Source: Candidatus Obscuribacterales bacterium
GTDB taxonomy: Bacteria > Cyanobacteriota > Vampirovibrionia > Obscuribacterales > Obscuribacteraceae
DNA length: 64,000 bases
NCBI GenBank assembly: GCA_965228855.1
Contig: CBDDIJ010000003.1
Location: forward strand, 800,001 to 864,000
Direction of reading: 5' to 3'
A model generated the notes under the pieces. It saw nothing but the letters and a program-made list of their open reading frames with translations. It was not told the origin of the DNA and did not search any database. A program made the position numbers and the translations under genes. Shown piece after piece: positions 19,771-30,135 of this stretch. The stretch's first letter is position 1; the number at the start of each line of letters is the position of its first letter.

Positions 19771-19869
19771 TTGCTGTTAGCAGCTCGGTTAACGCAGATG
19801 TATCATTCGCGCGTCACATCGATGTGACGGAGCCCACGACCTGCTATTCTGTCCTGTCGAATCTATCAA

Positions 19870-22452
19870 ATGAATCTTGAATCTCTTCCGATTGATAACG
19901 TTCTTCCGCAGTTGATAAAGCAACTGACGGCAGGTGGCGCTGTTGTTCTAAAGGCGGAGCCTGGCGCCGGCAAGACAACGCGCGTTCCTCCTGCAATCCT
20001 TGATGCCGGCTTAGCCGAACTTGGAAATAAACAGCCTGGACAGATCGTTGTTTTGCAGCCTCGACGAGTCGCTGCTCGTGCGGCTGCAGCGCGCATGTCT
20101 GAGGAACGAGGCACCGCACTCGGTGCTGACATCGGCTATCGCGTCAGACATGAGAGCAAGACTTCCAGGCTAACTCGAATTTTGGTTTGTACCGAGGGCG
20201 TATTTTTGCGACGGTTGCAAGATGATCCTCTCATAGAAGATGTGGCGGTTGTTATTTTTGACGAGTTTCACGAGCGCAGTATAGATGGCGATCTGGCTTT
20301 GGCTCTGACCGCTCAGGTTCGACGAGATGTGCGACCGGACCTGCGTGTAGTGGTAATGTCTGCAACTCTGGATAGTGCACCGATTGCGGCATTCCTCAAC
20401 AACTGCCCCGCTATTGAGAGCCCCGGAAAGACTTTTCCTGTCTCCATCGACTATTTGCAGTTTTCATCCAGTGCGCCTATCCAAAAATTTGCTAGTGAAG
20501 GGGTTGCAAAAATCCTTCCAGCGACCTCCGGCGACATTCTCGTTTTCTTGCCCGGAGTAGGAGAAATTCGAGAGACTCAATCGGCGCTTGAGTCAATCTC
20601 GGAGCTCCGAAACGTGGACATCATGCCGCTTTATGGCGAGATGCAATTGCAAGATCAATTGGCTGTCTTACGAAAAGGACCGAATCGCAAAGTTGTTCTC
20701 TCTACCAATGTCGCAGAAACTTCACTCACCATTGATGGTATCACTGCTGTGGTTGATAGCGGATACGCTCGGGTGAATAGATTTGAGCCGACTGTCGGAA
20801 TTAATCGTCTGGCATTATCGCGGATATCCAAAGCTTCTGCGGCGCAGCGTGCCGGACGAGCCGGTCGAACGGCGCCCGGAACATGTCTTCGACTGTGGAC
20901 TGAGCGTGAGCATATGGCTTTTCCGGAGTTTGAATTGCCGGAAATTGAGCGAGTCGATTTGTCTGAATGTATTTTGCAACTGTTAGCCTGGGGCGAGAGC
21001 AATGTTGAAACATTTCCCTGGTTTGAAAAACCGAGTGCGACTTCCATCGAGAATGCGTTGCAGCTTTTGGACCGGCTGGATGCGATCAGTAATGGAAAAC
21101 TGACGGATCTCGGCCGGACTATGGCTCGATTCCCGCTTCAGCCCAGAATGGCTCGCTTGCTGATTGAAGGGGCGAAATCAGGGCAGTCGAATCGCTCTGC
21201 CTTATGTGCTGCACTGCTCTCGGAAAGGCCACCGTTTCGAACAACTGATTCAGCGGTACCGGGTGCGCACCACACTGATTCTGACGTGTTGGAACAGGTG
21301 CGGGCAGTTGAAAACTTCGAAACTCATGGAATCAGAGATTCGATGATGGGAACTATCATTCCCGGCGCTGCCAAGCAAATTCTTCGAACAACGAAGCAGT
21401 TGATGAGACTTCTTCGGGATGCTGCGCCGGAAATTTCCTGCGAACCACAGTCCCATGAAGTAAAAGGTATGGGCAGCTCGGCGCCCGGACTTCAACTTCG
21501 GGCTGATGAAGCCGTTCTTCGAGCTATCATGACCGCCTTTCCCGATCGAATTTGTAAACGTCGGCAGCGGAAAGAGCGCCGTGCGGTGATGGTCGGTGGG
21601 CGGGGCGTTTTACTATCGGAACAGTCGAATCTTTTCGACTGTGAATTGTTCGTGGCTGTTGACCTGATCGATTTAAACAAATCAGACCTGATTGTCAGGC
21701 GCGCATCAGCGGTCGAGCGGAGTTGGTTGCCACAATCACACATCGCCACTTCTACCGATGTTGTATTTGATACCACGAGACAGAAGGTGGTTGCCTTGAA
21801 GCGTACGCGGTTTTGTGATCTTATGTTGGACGAAAACGTCACCAGCATGCCCGCAGATGTCGATCCAGGGGCGGTCCTTGCAGAGGCCGTGGCTGCGAAT
21901 TATGAATTTGAAACGCTTGTCGATGAACAGTCGCTCGCGTATCTGACTCGCCTGATGTGTTTGAAAGGCTGGATTCCGGAACTCGCCTTGCCTGAGTTTG
22001 GCTCGAATCCCTGGGAAACTTTTCTCCCCGCGCTGTGCTGTGGTGCCACTAGTATCAGTGAGCTTAAATCCAAGTCTATGATTTCAGCAATTCAATCTCA
22101 ACTTACACATGAGCAGTTAGTGAGCGTTGAACGCGAAGCTCCTGAATTCATAAGCATTCCAAATGGTCGAAAAGTAAAACTTCAGTACGAATTGGAGAAA
22201 ACACCAGTCCTCGCGGCTCGCATTCAGGAATTGTTCGGAATGAGTGAAACTCCTCGAATAGCGAGGTCCCGCATACCTGTGACGATGCACCTGCTGGCAC
22301 CGAACTATCGGATTCAACAGGTAACTGACGACCTAAATTCTTTCTGGAAAAACACCTACCCGCAGGTCAAGAAAGATCTAAAAGGAAGGTATCCGAAACA
22401 TAAGTGGCCTGATGACCCTTACCAACCGGTGGAACCGAGGGCCGCAAAATAG
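19870..22452 (+). CDS. hrpB: ATP-dependent RNA helicase HrpB
   Basis: GAGKTT, LQPRRVAAR, DEFHER, MSAT, TNVAETSLT, QRAGRAGR and C-terminal LKGRYPKHKWPDDP. Confidence 0.96.
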   Translation: MNLESLPIDNVLPQLIKQLTAGGAVVLKAEPGAGKTTRVPPAILDAGLAELGNKQPGQIVVLQPRRVAARAAAARMSEERGTALGADIGYRVRHESKTSRLTRILVCTEGVFLRRLQDDPLIEDVAVVIFDEFHERSIDGDLALALTAQVRRDVRPDLRVVVMSATLDSAPIAAFLNNCPAIESPGKTFPVSIDYLQFSSSAPIQKFASEGVAKILPATSGDILVFLPGVGEIRETQSALESISELRNVDIMPLYGEMQLQDQLAVLRKGPNRKVVLSTNVAETSLTIDGITAVVDSGYARVNRFEPTVGINRLALSRISKASAAQRAGRAGRTAPGTCLRLWTEREHMAFPEFELPEIERVDLSECILQLLAWGESNVETFPWFEKPSATSIENALQLLDRLDAISNGKLTDLGRTMARFPLQPRMARLLIEGAKSGQSNRSALCAALLSERPPFRTTDSAVPGAHHTDSDVLEQVRAVENFETHGIRDSMMGTIIPGAAKQILRTTKQLMRLLRDAAPEISCEPQSHEVKGMGSSAPGLQLRADEAVLRAIMTAFPDRICKRRQRKERRAVMVGGRGVLLSEQSNLFDCELFVAVDLIDLNKSDLIVRRASAVERSWLPQSHIATSTDVVFDTTRQKVVALKRTRFCDLMLDENVTSMPADVDPGAVLAEAVAANYEFETLVDEQSLAYLTRLMCLKGWIPELALPEFGSNPWETFLPALCCGATSISELKSKSMISAIQSQLTHEQLVSVEREAPEFISIPNGRKVKLQYELEKTPVLAARIQELFGMSETPRIARSRIPVTMHLLAPNYRIQQVTDDLNSFWKNTYPQVKKDLKGRYPKHKWPDDPYQPVEPRAAK

Positions 22453-22466
22453 TTTTGGATTTACTA

Positions 22467-23531
22467 TCACGCGGTGTGTTCCAGTAGTTCTGGCAGACCT
22501 GGCAGGACTTGCTCGTGCCAAAAGTATTCGGAAACGTGGAGCAAGAACGAGACGTTGGTTATGACGCCATACTGCGGGTCGCTTCTTGTATCCAGTGGCA
22601 TCAACTTTTGCAGATTGACTTTATCCTGGTAGGGCTTTGAAACAGCCAGGCTATATTGAACGCCGTGATGTGCGGCTATTGGCCCAAGCGATTTGCGTAG
22701 AACACTGATTCGGCAATCGTGATTCCGTTCCAGAAGAGATATAAGAGTGCCCGGATCGTAAACGGGCTGGTCCGTGCAATCTACTAGCACCACTCCTGGT
22801 AGCACTTCTCTGGCCGTCTTAGATAGATCCTGCGCCACCACAACGGCATCATCGTATGCGGCGACTCCTTTCATAAGTCGCTCTTCCGCCGCCTTATCAC
22901 CCTGGACCGCGGCTACCCAATCGGAGAAAAGTTTTTGCGTTGACCGTTCTCGAAGGTCGTGATTTTTAGCGTCGTATGACGGAAGCGTTGCCGCGCCCTT
23001 TGCCAACAGTTGTGAAATTGGACTACCCGTCACTTGCAGATAGGGCTCGCCGTCGAGCAACGCGGCGTCGCTATCTAGTTCTGAGTACGAAACACCCACC
23101 GCTTTCATGGCGGCTGTGAGACCGTCCGGATCCGGATCGGCGATAATTGCAACCGCGTCCTTAAATTCGCCCACCTCTACGAGCGTGCTGCAGGCCGGAT
23201 GAAGTCGGCGGACTGTAATAGCGCAATCTTCACCGAGTAGTTTCTCCAGTTTTGCCGTGCCTTGCTGGACCAACACGTCCCGCTGATTTACAGCCTCGCC
23301 GTCGATGCCATGATGGTCGCGGAAGAAAACTCTATATCCTTCCTCTTTCAATTTTACGACTGCTTCGACTGTTCGAAGTGTGATAGGAGTATCGATGAAG
23401 AGAACGGTTTCGCTTGCGCTGGAGCGCATCGCGTTCGCCTCACGCACGAACTCCAGAATATTTTCTACATCCCTGGATGTGAAGGCTTTGATGAATAGCG
23501 TCGGAACGCCGTTAATACTGAAAGAAATCAC
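22467..23531 (-). CDS. DHH-phosphoesterase-like protein with permuted motif order
   Basis: VLFIDTP, FFRDHHG, then IIADPDPDGLTAAM. Confidence 0.55.
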   Translation of the reverse strand: MISFSINGVPTLFIKAFTSRDVENILEFVREANAMRSSASETVLFIDTPITLRTVEAVVKLKEEGYRVFFRDHHGIDGEAVNQRDVLVQQGTAKLEKLLGEDCAITVRRLHPACSTLVEVGEFKDAVAIIADPDPDGLTAAMKAVGVSYSELDSDAALLDGEPYLQVTGSPISQLLAKGAATLPSYDAKNHDLRERSTQKLFSDWVAAVQGDKAAEERLMKGVAAYDDAVVVAQDLSKTAREVLPGVVLVDCTDQPVYDPGTLISLLERNHDCRISVLRKSLGPIAAHHGVQYSLAVSKPYQDKVNLQKLMPLDTRSDPQYGVITNVSFLLHVSEYFWHEQVLPGLPELLEHTA

Positions 23532-23654
23532 TAAACTGTCCTAACCTTTCAGAACAATGGTAAATTCTTGAAAACGGCTATGGACGTTTAGATACGGCAT
23601 GTACGTTAAGCCTGTAAAATGTGAGGCGTATGCAAAGCCCGCAGGTACAACGTT

Positions 23655-24719
23655 ATGACAACTTCTCAAGCAGTCTCCTTTGACCCAAATAGCCTGGGTG
23701 AGAAGGATTCCAACATCTTCGGTTTGCCTTTTACCCCTGAAGAGGCGCAGATGGTGCTCATTCCCGTGCCATGGGAAGTTACCGTTTCTTACCGGGCCGG
23801 CACAGCAAGCGGTCCTGCTGCCATCATGGAGGCATCGAAGCAAGTTGACCTGTTCGAGCCTCTGTTGAAAGACGCCTGGAAAATCGGCTTTGCGATGATG
23901 GAAGTTCCCGAGAAGCTGGTCTTGCTAAATCAGGAGATGCGCGCCAAGGCAGAAGAGTACATCAATTTGTTATGTGATGGGGAAACGCCCGAAACAAATT
24001 CGGAAATGCAAAGCCTTCTAGCAGAGGTAAACAAGGCGTGTGCAGTCATGAACGCCTGGGTCAAGGAGACTGCGCAGGCTGTTTTGGATCAGGGAAAGTT
24101 TGCGGCGTTGGTCGGCGGCGATCATTCGACCCCGCTAGGACTCATGCAGGCGGTGGGTGAAAAACACGGCGAGTTTGGAATTCTGCATTTCGATGCGCAT
24201 GCTGACCTTCGTGACGCATACGAAGGTTTTACATACTCACATGCGTCCATCATGTTTAACGCGCTACGGGAAGTACCTCAGTTGAAGAAGCTGGTTCAAG
24301 TAGGGATTCGCGACTACTGTGAAGACGAGCGCAATCTGATTGATCAATCAAATGGGCGTGTCGTTACCTATTACGACCGCGATTTAAAGGCCAAAATTTA
24401 TAGCGGCGACTCCTGGAAATCTATCTGTCAGGAGGCAGTTGCAACGTTACCCGAGAAGGTGTATGTGAGCTTCGATATCGACGGTCTGGATCCGAAGCTG
24501 TGTCCCAATACAGGCACTCCTGTCCCGGGCGGTTTGGAACTAGAGCAGGCACTGTATATGGTGCAGGTTTTAGTTGAAAGCGGAAAGAAGATTGTTTCGT
24601 TCGACGTTAATGAGGTTGCTCCGGGAGAAGACGAATGGGATGCAAACGTCGGTGCGCGTTTGTTATATCGCTTATCTAATCTCGCGGCTTTGAGTCAAGG
24701 TCTGAAGCCGATTATATAG
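23655..24719 (+). CDS. speB: agmatinase / ureohydrolase family
   Basis: GGDHS, HFDAHADLRD, SHAS and SFDIDGLDP...GTPVPGG. Confidence 0.88.
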   Translation: MTTSQAVSFDPNSLGEKDSNIFGLPFTPEEAQMVLIPVPWEVTVSYRAGTASGPAAIMEASKQVDLFEPLLKDAWKIGFAMMEVPEKLVLLNQEMRAKAEEYINLLCDGETPETNSEMQSLLAEVNKACAVMNAWVKETAQAVLDQGKFAALVGGDHSTPLGLMQAVGEKHGEFGILHFDAHADLRDAYEGFTYSHASIMFNALREVPQLKKLVQVGIRDYCEDERNLIDQSNGRVVTYYDRDLKAKIYSGDSWKSICQEAVATLPEKVYVSFDIDGLDPKLCPNTGTPVPGGLELEQALYMVQVLVESGKKIVSFDVNEVAPGEDEWDANVGARLLYRLSNLAALSQGLKPII

Positions 24720-24966
24720 CTTCTGCGGTTTCTCGAAATGAATTTCAAATCTCCTATATAAGGAATAGTCAGGAGAAGGGAGCATCGTAGCAAAATGGTC
24801 ACAGGGGCGGAGTTTTGAGCCCCGCTGTTCGCGCGGATAGAAAATCTTGCGGATAAATTTCTGGTGGAAACACAGGCGGACTTCTTGCGTCTAGTGTTTT
24901 GTTCGGTACTGAAATCACTGGTTGTTTTTTGCGTTGAACTTATCGCGTTTAATCAAAGGAGTTATT

Positions 24967-25329
24967 ATGAAACGTCTTCTATCTATCGCAGCTATAGCGC
25001 TTGTCACCAGCGGATTCTTCGCGCCGGCAGCCAATGCTCAAAATATCTGGAATAACAATATCAATATGTCGCAGTCGCAATTACAAGCCCGTGTTAACAT
25101 GGGCATTCGAACTGGTGCGTTGACCAGACGTGAGGCAAATGATTTGCAATTTAAACTAAATCGCTTCGCGGACATCGAGCGCAGTATGCGTCGGCACGGT
25201 CTTTCGTTCAGAGAGCGAAACTCGCTAAATGTTCAGCTATCTAAGCTAAGCGCCGAAATTAATCGTCAGCTTTCAGACACCGATCGCAAGTGGAATAGAA
25301 ACCACAAGCGCCCTTACTGGTATCGCTAG
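24967..25329 (+). CDS. small secreted helical protein
   Basis: AAGGAG RBS; signal peptide ending ANA; GIRTGALTRRE and GLSFRER repeats. Confidence 0.8.
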   Translation: MKRLLSIAAIALVTSGFFAPAANAQNIWNNNINMSQSQLQARVNMGIRTGALTRREANDLQFKLNRFADIERSMRRHGLSFRERNSLNVQLSKLSAEINRQLSDTDRKWNRNHKRPYWYR

Positions 25330-25393
25330 GCAACGACGTTTTGCGGTGAGCAGAACGGGTTCAAAGTTACGACAATTTACCGAAACTTACGCC

Positions 25394-25420
25394 GAGGGAA
25401 GCAATTACTTGCTTCCCTTC
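25394..25420 (+). terminator. probable terminator hairpin
   Basis: agggaagcaa ... ttgcttccct inverted repeat. Confidence 0.55.
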
Positions 25421-25518
25421 GTGCTTAATAAGCATTCGAGAATCTTCAAAGGTTTCAACCATGGAAGTTGTGCTATACAACTTTATGGATAAAAGTTAGG
25501 ACGAAACTGGAGAGAAAA

Positions 25519-26493
25519 ATGAAACTGCTGGTCGCCGTGGACGGTTCCGAATGCTGTAGAGAAGCGGTCAGGCATCTGCGCTTGAGTGGAATTTCCATGG
25601 GCGCTCGGGTGCGGTTTGTGAACGTTATGAAAGTTGGCGAACTGGCAAAGAATGTCTCTCCGCTTCTTAATGAGACGATTTCGTTGCTAACCAACGCCAG
25701 TTCAGTGGAGACCATTTACCTGGAAGGTGATCCGGCCAGTCGCATTGTCGAGTATGCTGCCGAATGGGAAGCGGATTTGATTGCTGTTGCGACGAGCGAC
25801 AAGCGCGGTTTAGAGCGGCTTTTATTGGGAAGCGTGGCGCGGTCAATTCTCACGAACTCTGATTGCCCGGTGCTGGTGCTTCGTGGAGAACCGGCGTCAA
25901 TGAATAATGTGCTGGTCGCGGCTGATGATAGCGATAGCTCAGCTGCCGCCGTGGAGTGGCTCTCCAATCAAAGTTGGGCGAAACATAAAAATCTTGCTCT
26001 CCTGTCCGTTATGCATGAACTGCCGCTATCATTCGAATCGGAGTTTAGTAGTGTGGAATCTGCCTCGGAATCACTTTTGCGTAAGCAGCGGGAAGAAATT
26101 CGTTTGGCACACCTGACTCAATGTTGGAGTGAGTTGTGCGCCTCACATCTTCAAAAAACTCAGATACCATTTGTCGTTACCGATGGTCTTCCGAGTGCTT
26201 CAATTCTCGAGCTGTCAAACAGTTGGCCGGTTGATCTAATTGTGCTTGGTTCAAATTGCCGAACAGGTATGGATAAATTGATTCATGGCAGCGTCTCGGA
26301 GGCGGTTGCTGACAAAGCAAATTGCTCCGTGCTGGTGGTACGAGATGTGGTGGCAACCAAATTCGAAGAGATACGCATTCAGATAGGGGTATCGACCCAA
26401 ATTGGAACTGATGCTCCGCCAAGCCAGAAGGGACGAGTCAGTACTTCCTTGGCCGTAAATGATTTTGCTCCGCATTTCCCTGCAATGATGTGA
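25519..26493 (+). CDS. tandem universal stress protein
   Basis: Two USP domains: LLVAVDGS...LLGSVA..CPVLV and VLVAADDS...HGSVSE..CSVLVV. Confidence 0.92.
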   Translation: MKLLVAVDGSECCREAVRHLRLSGISMGARVRFVNVMKVGELAKNVSPLLNETISLLTNASSVETIYLEGDPASRIVEYAAEWEADLIAVATSDKRGLERLLLGSVARSILTNSDCPVLVLRGEPASMNNVLVAADDSDSSAAAVEWLSNQSWAKHKNLALLSVMHELPLSFESEFSSVESASESLLRKQREEIRLAHLTQCWSELCASHLQKTQIPFVVTDGLPSASILELSNSWPVDLIVLGSNCRTGMDKLIHGSVSEAVADKANCSVLVVRDVVATKFEEIRIQIGVSTQIGTDAPPSQKGRVSTSLAVNDFAPHFPAMM

Positions 26494-26605
26494 GAAAATC
26501 TTCGCGTTCGTGACCTGGACCGAGAACAATAAGTTGCTCACACCAGGACGTCGGATTTTTTTGCTGGTGTATTATTGGTTTACTCTATGAAGGAGCGAAC
26601 CGCCC

Positions 26606-27184
26606 GTGATATCACATGATCTATTCCAGCATATTCGTTTGATTGTCGGTATGATTATGAGCCTTGCCCTGGCGCGCTTGCTAAACGGCTCCGCTCGGTT
26701 TATTCAACATCCGACGAAAGTCAAAGTTTATCCCGTGCATATCGGCTGGGTCTTTACCCTGCTACTGTTTCTCGTCCATTTTTGGTGGTGGGAGTTTCGC
26801 CTGGAAGACATTCACAATTGGACATTTGAAACTTATCTGCTGATAGTTTCCTACGTCATATCGTTTTTTCTTCTATCAACGCTGTTATTTCCCGACGACA
26901 TGAGTGAGTACGCCGGCTTCGAGGATTACTTCAAATCTCGGCGCAAATGGTTCTTTGCTATTCTCGCGGTCACTTTCGTGCTTGATACTTTTGATGGGTT
27001 AGTCAAAGGAGCCTCTTACATCGCTCATCTCGGTCTTGAGTTTCCCTGGCGAAATGTTGTCAGTGTTGTGCTCTGCGTCGCTGCGATGTTCATTCGCAGC
27101 GAGGCTTTTCAAATTGGCTTTGTTGCGGTGACTTTATTGTATGAGTTATCTTGGATTTTCAGGCTGTACCATACGGTTCAATAA
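26606..27184 (+). CDS. polytopic membrane protein, unknown function
   Basis: AAGGAG RBS, GTG start; about 6 TM; HFWWWEF and LLFPDD motifs. Confidence 0.8.
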   Translation: MISHDLFQHIRLIVGMIMSLALARLLNGSARFIQHPTKVKVYPVHIGWVFTLLLFLVHFWWWEFRLEDIHNWTFETYLLIVSYVISFFLLSTLLFPDDMSEYAGFEDYFKSRRKWFFAILAVTFVLDTFDGLVKGASYIAHLGLEFPWRNVVSVVLCVAAMFIRSEAFQIGFVAVTLLYELSWIFRLYHTVQ

Positions 27185-27189
27185 GGACT

Positions 27190-27969
27190 TTATTTCGACC
27201 CTGAGAAGTTCAACATCATTTCTTCGATTCCTTTGCCTGCAACGACCGCGGCCAGTGACGGAGCAGGTTTTAAACCTTCCCTTGGCGCGGAGAAGAATGA
27301 GACCGGTTTTCTCACATTTGTGATTGAGTTGGTCTTAAGACTAGTCTTCGCCGGCTGTCCTACTGCCTTCGATTGAGCTTCGAGAACAACGCTAGAATTT
27401 GGAGTGGTTAGATATAATCCTTCGCAGAACGCGGCGGCACCTCGGCTAAGCTTGAGATGAGCGGTTGCGATGAATGTCATTCTGGTAGGTTGTCTCTTTT
27501 CGCTCGACGAGCGATAGAAACTGCCCACATAACCGCTGCCGGTATGGCTGATGCGGCTATTTTTCAATGCCGGCATACCCATGAATGTCAACTTCTGCGG
27601 CGGATTCTTTGGGTCATCAAATAGCTTTCGATTCGAAGCCGAGAGTGACTCGATGCCTGATTCATGCCATTCTCTTTGTGAGATTGAGAACGATTGCTTG
27701 TCGTGGTTCCAACAGTGAACGTCCCAGTCCGGTGCTGATGAAACCACATGCAAAAGACCGTTCATAGCATCGAGTCTAGCGTGATCGCGTCCCAGGTACA
27801 GCTTCATTTTGCCGATTTTTTGGTCGTCCTGATCGATCAGTATGCAGTCGACAAGTTTATCAGTAGCCGCTTTCGGCTTATCAGCTGCAACGCCTGGTGA
27901 GTGCAACATCGAACAGGTCGCTGTTAAAACTGCCATTGCTAGTTTCAGGTGAAGAGACTGCTTTTGCAT
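27190..27969 (-). CDS. secreted hypothetical protein (paralogue of 48130-48897)
   Basis: Signal peptide; IGKMKLYL...RLD...VSSAPDWDV motif. Confidence 0.7.
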   Translation of the reverse strand: MQKQSLHLKLAMAVLTATCSMLHSPGVAADKPKAATDKLVDCILIDQDDQKIGKMKLYLGRDHARLDAMNGLLHVVSSAPDWDVHCWNHDKQSFSISQREWHESGIESLSASNRKLFDDPKNPPQKLTFMGMPALKNSRISHTGSGYVGSFYRSSSEKRQPTRMTFIATAHLKLSRGAAAFCEGLYLTTPNSSVVLEAQSKAVGQPAKTSLKTNSITNVRKPVSFFSAPREGLKPAPSLAAVVAGKGIEEMMLNFSGSK

Positions 27970-28063
27970 TCGACGTCGTTATTGCATGCGGTGAATGACA
28001 TGCTTCTATTAAATCACGTCTGAGAAACGCCGACTCCGCATACATCAACTTGCTCGGGCGGTA

Positions 28064-28882
28064 TCAGTATTGTTGTCTTTCGACGTCTCCGAAGTTGAAG
28101 TTCTGAATAGTCGTTTGCGCTGCCGTACTGACATTAGCTTCCTGCGCGACAATCTGGCGTCTTGAACCACGCGGATACTCTAAGATTTTGTTGCCGCTGA
28201 GCGCGTAAATAGCCTGTATAACAGCCTGATCGTAAGAAGGGAATTGTGAGTTTTGCGTCAGCCGAACGTTGATAATCTTTCGATTTGGAAGAACGTTAAG
28301 AAAATACCAGACCGAAGTTCCGTTTGGATAACGGCTCTGCATCATTTGAGTTCGTGGATCCCAGACGAAATGAATATTGTTGTGGACATTGATGTTCTTA
28401 ATCGTATTGGCTTGAATAGCCTGTATCAGGTTGTTGCGCCATCGGTCCCACTCAATTGCCAGTTCTTGATTGTTGTCGTCCGGATCGTCGGATGCGCTGC
28501 CGGACAAAGTGGTATCAGTCGCATTTCCCTGGAGAGGTTGTCCGCGGTCTTGCATTCCCTGCTGGGCGTCCATCTGCCAGTTGGAGTCACCGGCACCGCC
28601 TTCTAAAATCGTGTCTTCAGCTCCGCCGGTGATTTCACTTTGTTCAATTCCACCTTGCAATGGTTTCACTTGGTGATTTTGCTTGTGGCGGCGAGAGTCT
28701 TTTGACTCTGCATTCGGTTGGTCTGACTCTTGAGACTGAGATTCGCTTACGGGATCCGGCAGGAACTGATTGGGATCGGGAGATTGGCTCTGAGCGAACA
28801 CCGGTGCGAAGAGGTTTGTCGAAAGGGCGATCGACAAAATCATGTTCTTGCTCAGCTTCCGGTATCTCATTATTCTCATCAC
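28064..28882 (-). CDS. secreted protein with LxGG repeats and TonB_C-like C-terminus
   Basis: Signal peptide; NVRLTQNS.FPSYDQAVIQAI..L...L..P. Confidence 0.6.
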   Translation of the reverse strand: MMRIMRYRKLSKNMILSIALSTNLFAPVFAQSQSPDPNQFLPDPVSESQSQESDQPNAESKDSRRHKQNHQVKPLQGGIEQSEITGGAEDTILEGGAGDSNWQMDAQQGMQDRGQPLQGNATDTTLSGSASDDPDDNNQELAIEWDRWRNNLIQAIQANTIKNINVHNNIHFVWDPRTQMMQSRYPNGTSVWYFLNVLPNRKIINVRLTQNSQFPSYDQAVIQAIYALSGNKILEYPRGSRRQIVAQEANVSTAAQTTIQNFNFGDVERQQY

Positions 28883-29086
28883 GGTTGAGTCCTATTACTT
28901 TGTACCCGAGATTATCATCAAGCTTGCGAGCGATTTTCGTTTGTTTGTCAGTCATGCCTTATGGGGGGCAAGAAATATTTCTCAGGCTGCACTCCTGTTT
29001 AAACCGGCTCATAATACGGTTGTGAAGCTGGACAATTCTCGACGTAAATGTACAATGGCTTTCCGGTTTTAGTATCGAGGAGTTTT

Positions 29087-29689
29087 ATGTTCAGAACCAG
29101 ATACGTGTGCTTAATCCTCTTACTAGCAGCAGCCCTTATGCCAATTAACTTGATGGGGCACTCAACGAATTCAGGCACACGTAATCAGACTGTACGGAAT
29201 TTTGACACCCAGAAGCTTTTAAACGGATTTACGCATGCTGCGTTTGCTGCTGAGAATGCCGATGTTCACGCAACTAAGCAAGTTAGTTTTGCAGAATTGG
29301 AAAAGTACCAATCTATTCTAGTCACCGCGGATGATGGCGTTTCTAAAATCAATTATGAGGGCGTTCCGCTGCGCGTTCTGATTTCGGAGTTAGTGCCGGA
29401 TGCAGATCTTGATACGACCATTGGTTGGAAGACTCTTGCTCAGAGGAAACTGGTTGCCGAGGTCACTGGTGATGATGGTTATCCTGGGCTTGTAACTGCG
29501 CTTGAAATTGCTAAAAACCGAGACGGCGATCGGTACATTCTTGCCACCAAAAGTGATGGCAAGCAGATTGAAAGTGGACCGCAGTTGATTTGTAAAATGG
29601 ATTCGGCAAAGACCAGATGGGTCAGAGATGTTGTTCAGCTTCGAATCGTCGAAGTTCCGCTTGCCGAGAAGAACGACACTGAGAAATAG
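29087..29689 (+). CDS. periplasmic oxidoreductase molybdopterin-binding-fold protein
   Basis: YEGVPL..L, GDDGY, LAT..DGK...GPQLI and RWVRDV motifs; no Mo-ligand Cys evident. Confidence 0.65.
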   Translation: MFRTRYVCLILLLAAALMPINLMGHSTNSGTRNQTVRNFDTQKLLNGFTHAAFAAENADVHATKQVSFAELEKYQSILVTADDGVSKINYEGVPLRVLISELVPDADLDTTIGWKTLAQRKLVAEVTGDDGYPGLVTALEIAKNRDGDRYILATKSDGKQIESGPQLICKMDSAKTRWVRDVVQLRIVEVPLAEKNDTEK

Positions 29690-29768
29690 AGTTTAGCGGT
29701 TATATGGCGGTTTCGGGGATTGTGCTAGAATCTCTCCCTGTCAAATTGCGACGTACAGGAGAGTTTCA

Positions 29769-30065
29769 ATGAAAAAACTACTGCTAGCTGCTGCTGCGCT
29801 GCTGATCTCGGTAAACGCTGCCTATGCCGATGGCGACAATAAGGTCGGCAAAAACGTCAAAATCAAACGCGCCGAGGCGGAAGCCATCGCTTTGAAGGAA
29901 GTCCCTGGAACCGTACTGGACGCTGATATTGAGAAGAAAAAGACAGGTATCTTCTGGTATATCGATGTTAAACCTGCTGACGGCAAGGTCGCGAAGAAGC
30001 AAGTTCGCCTTGATGCAAACACCGGCGCCGTTACCGAAGTTAAGGTCGACGACGACAAAGACTAA
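29769..30065 (+). CDS. secreted PepSY domain protein
   Basis: Signal peptide; AEAIALKEVPGTV and V.LDANTGAV. Confidence 0.85.
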   Translation: MKKLLLAAAALLISVNAAYADGDNKVGKNVKIKRAEAEAIALKEVPGTVLDADIEKKKTGIFWYIDVKPADGKVAKKQVRLDANTGAVTEVKVDDDKD

Positions 30066-30135
30066 GCTCAGGATTTCCAAGAGGCGGAATGATACGGGGC
30101 GGTGCTAGAATGTCGAGAACTCAATAGGCGTTAGT

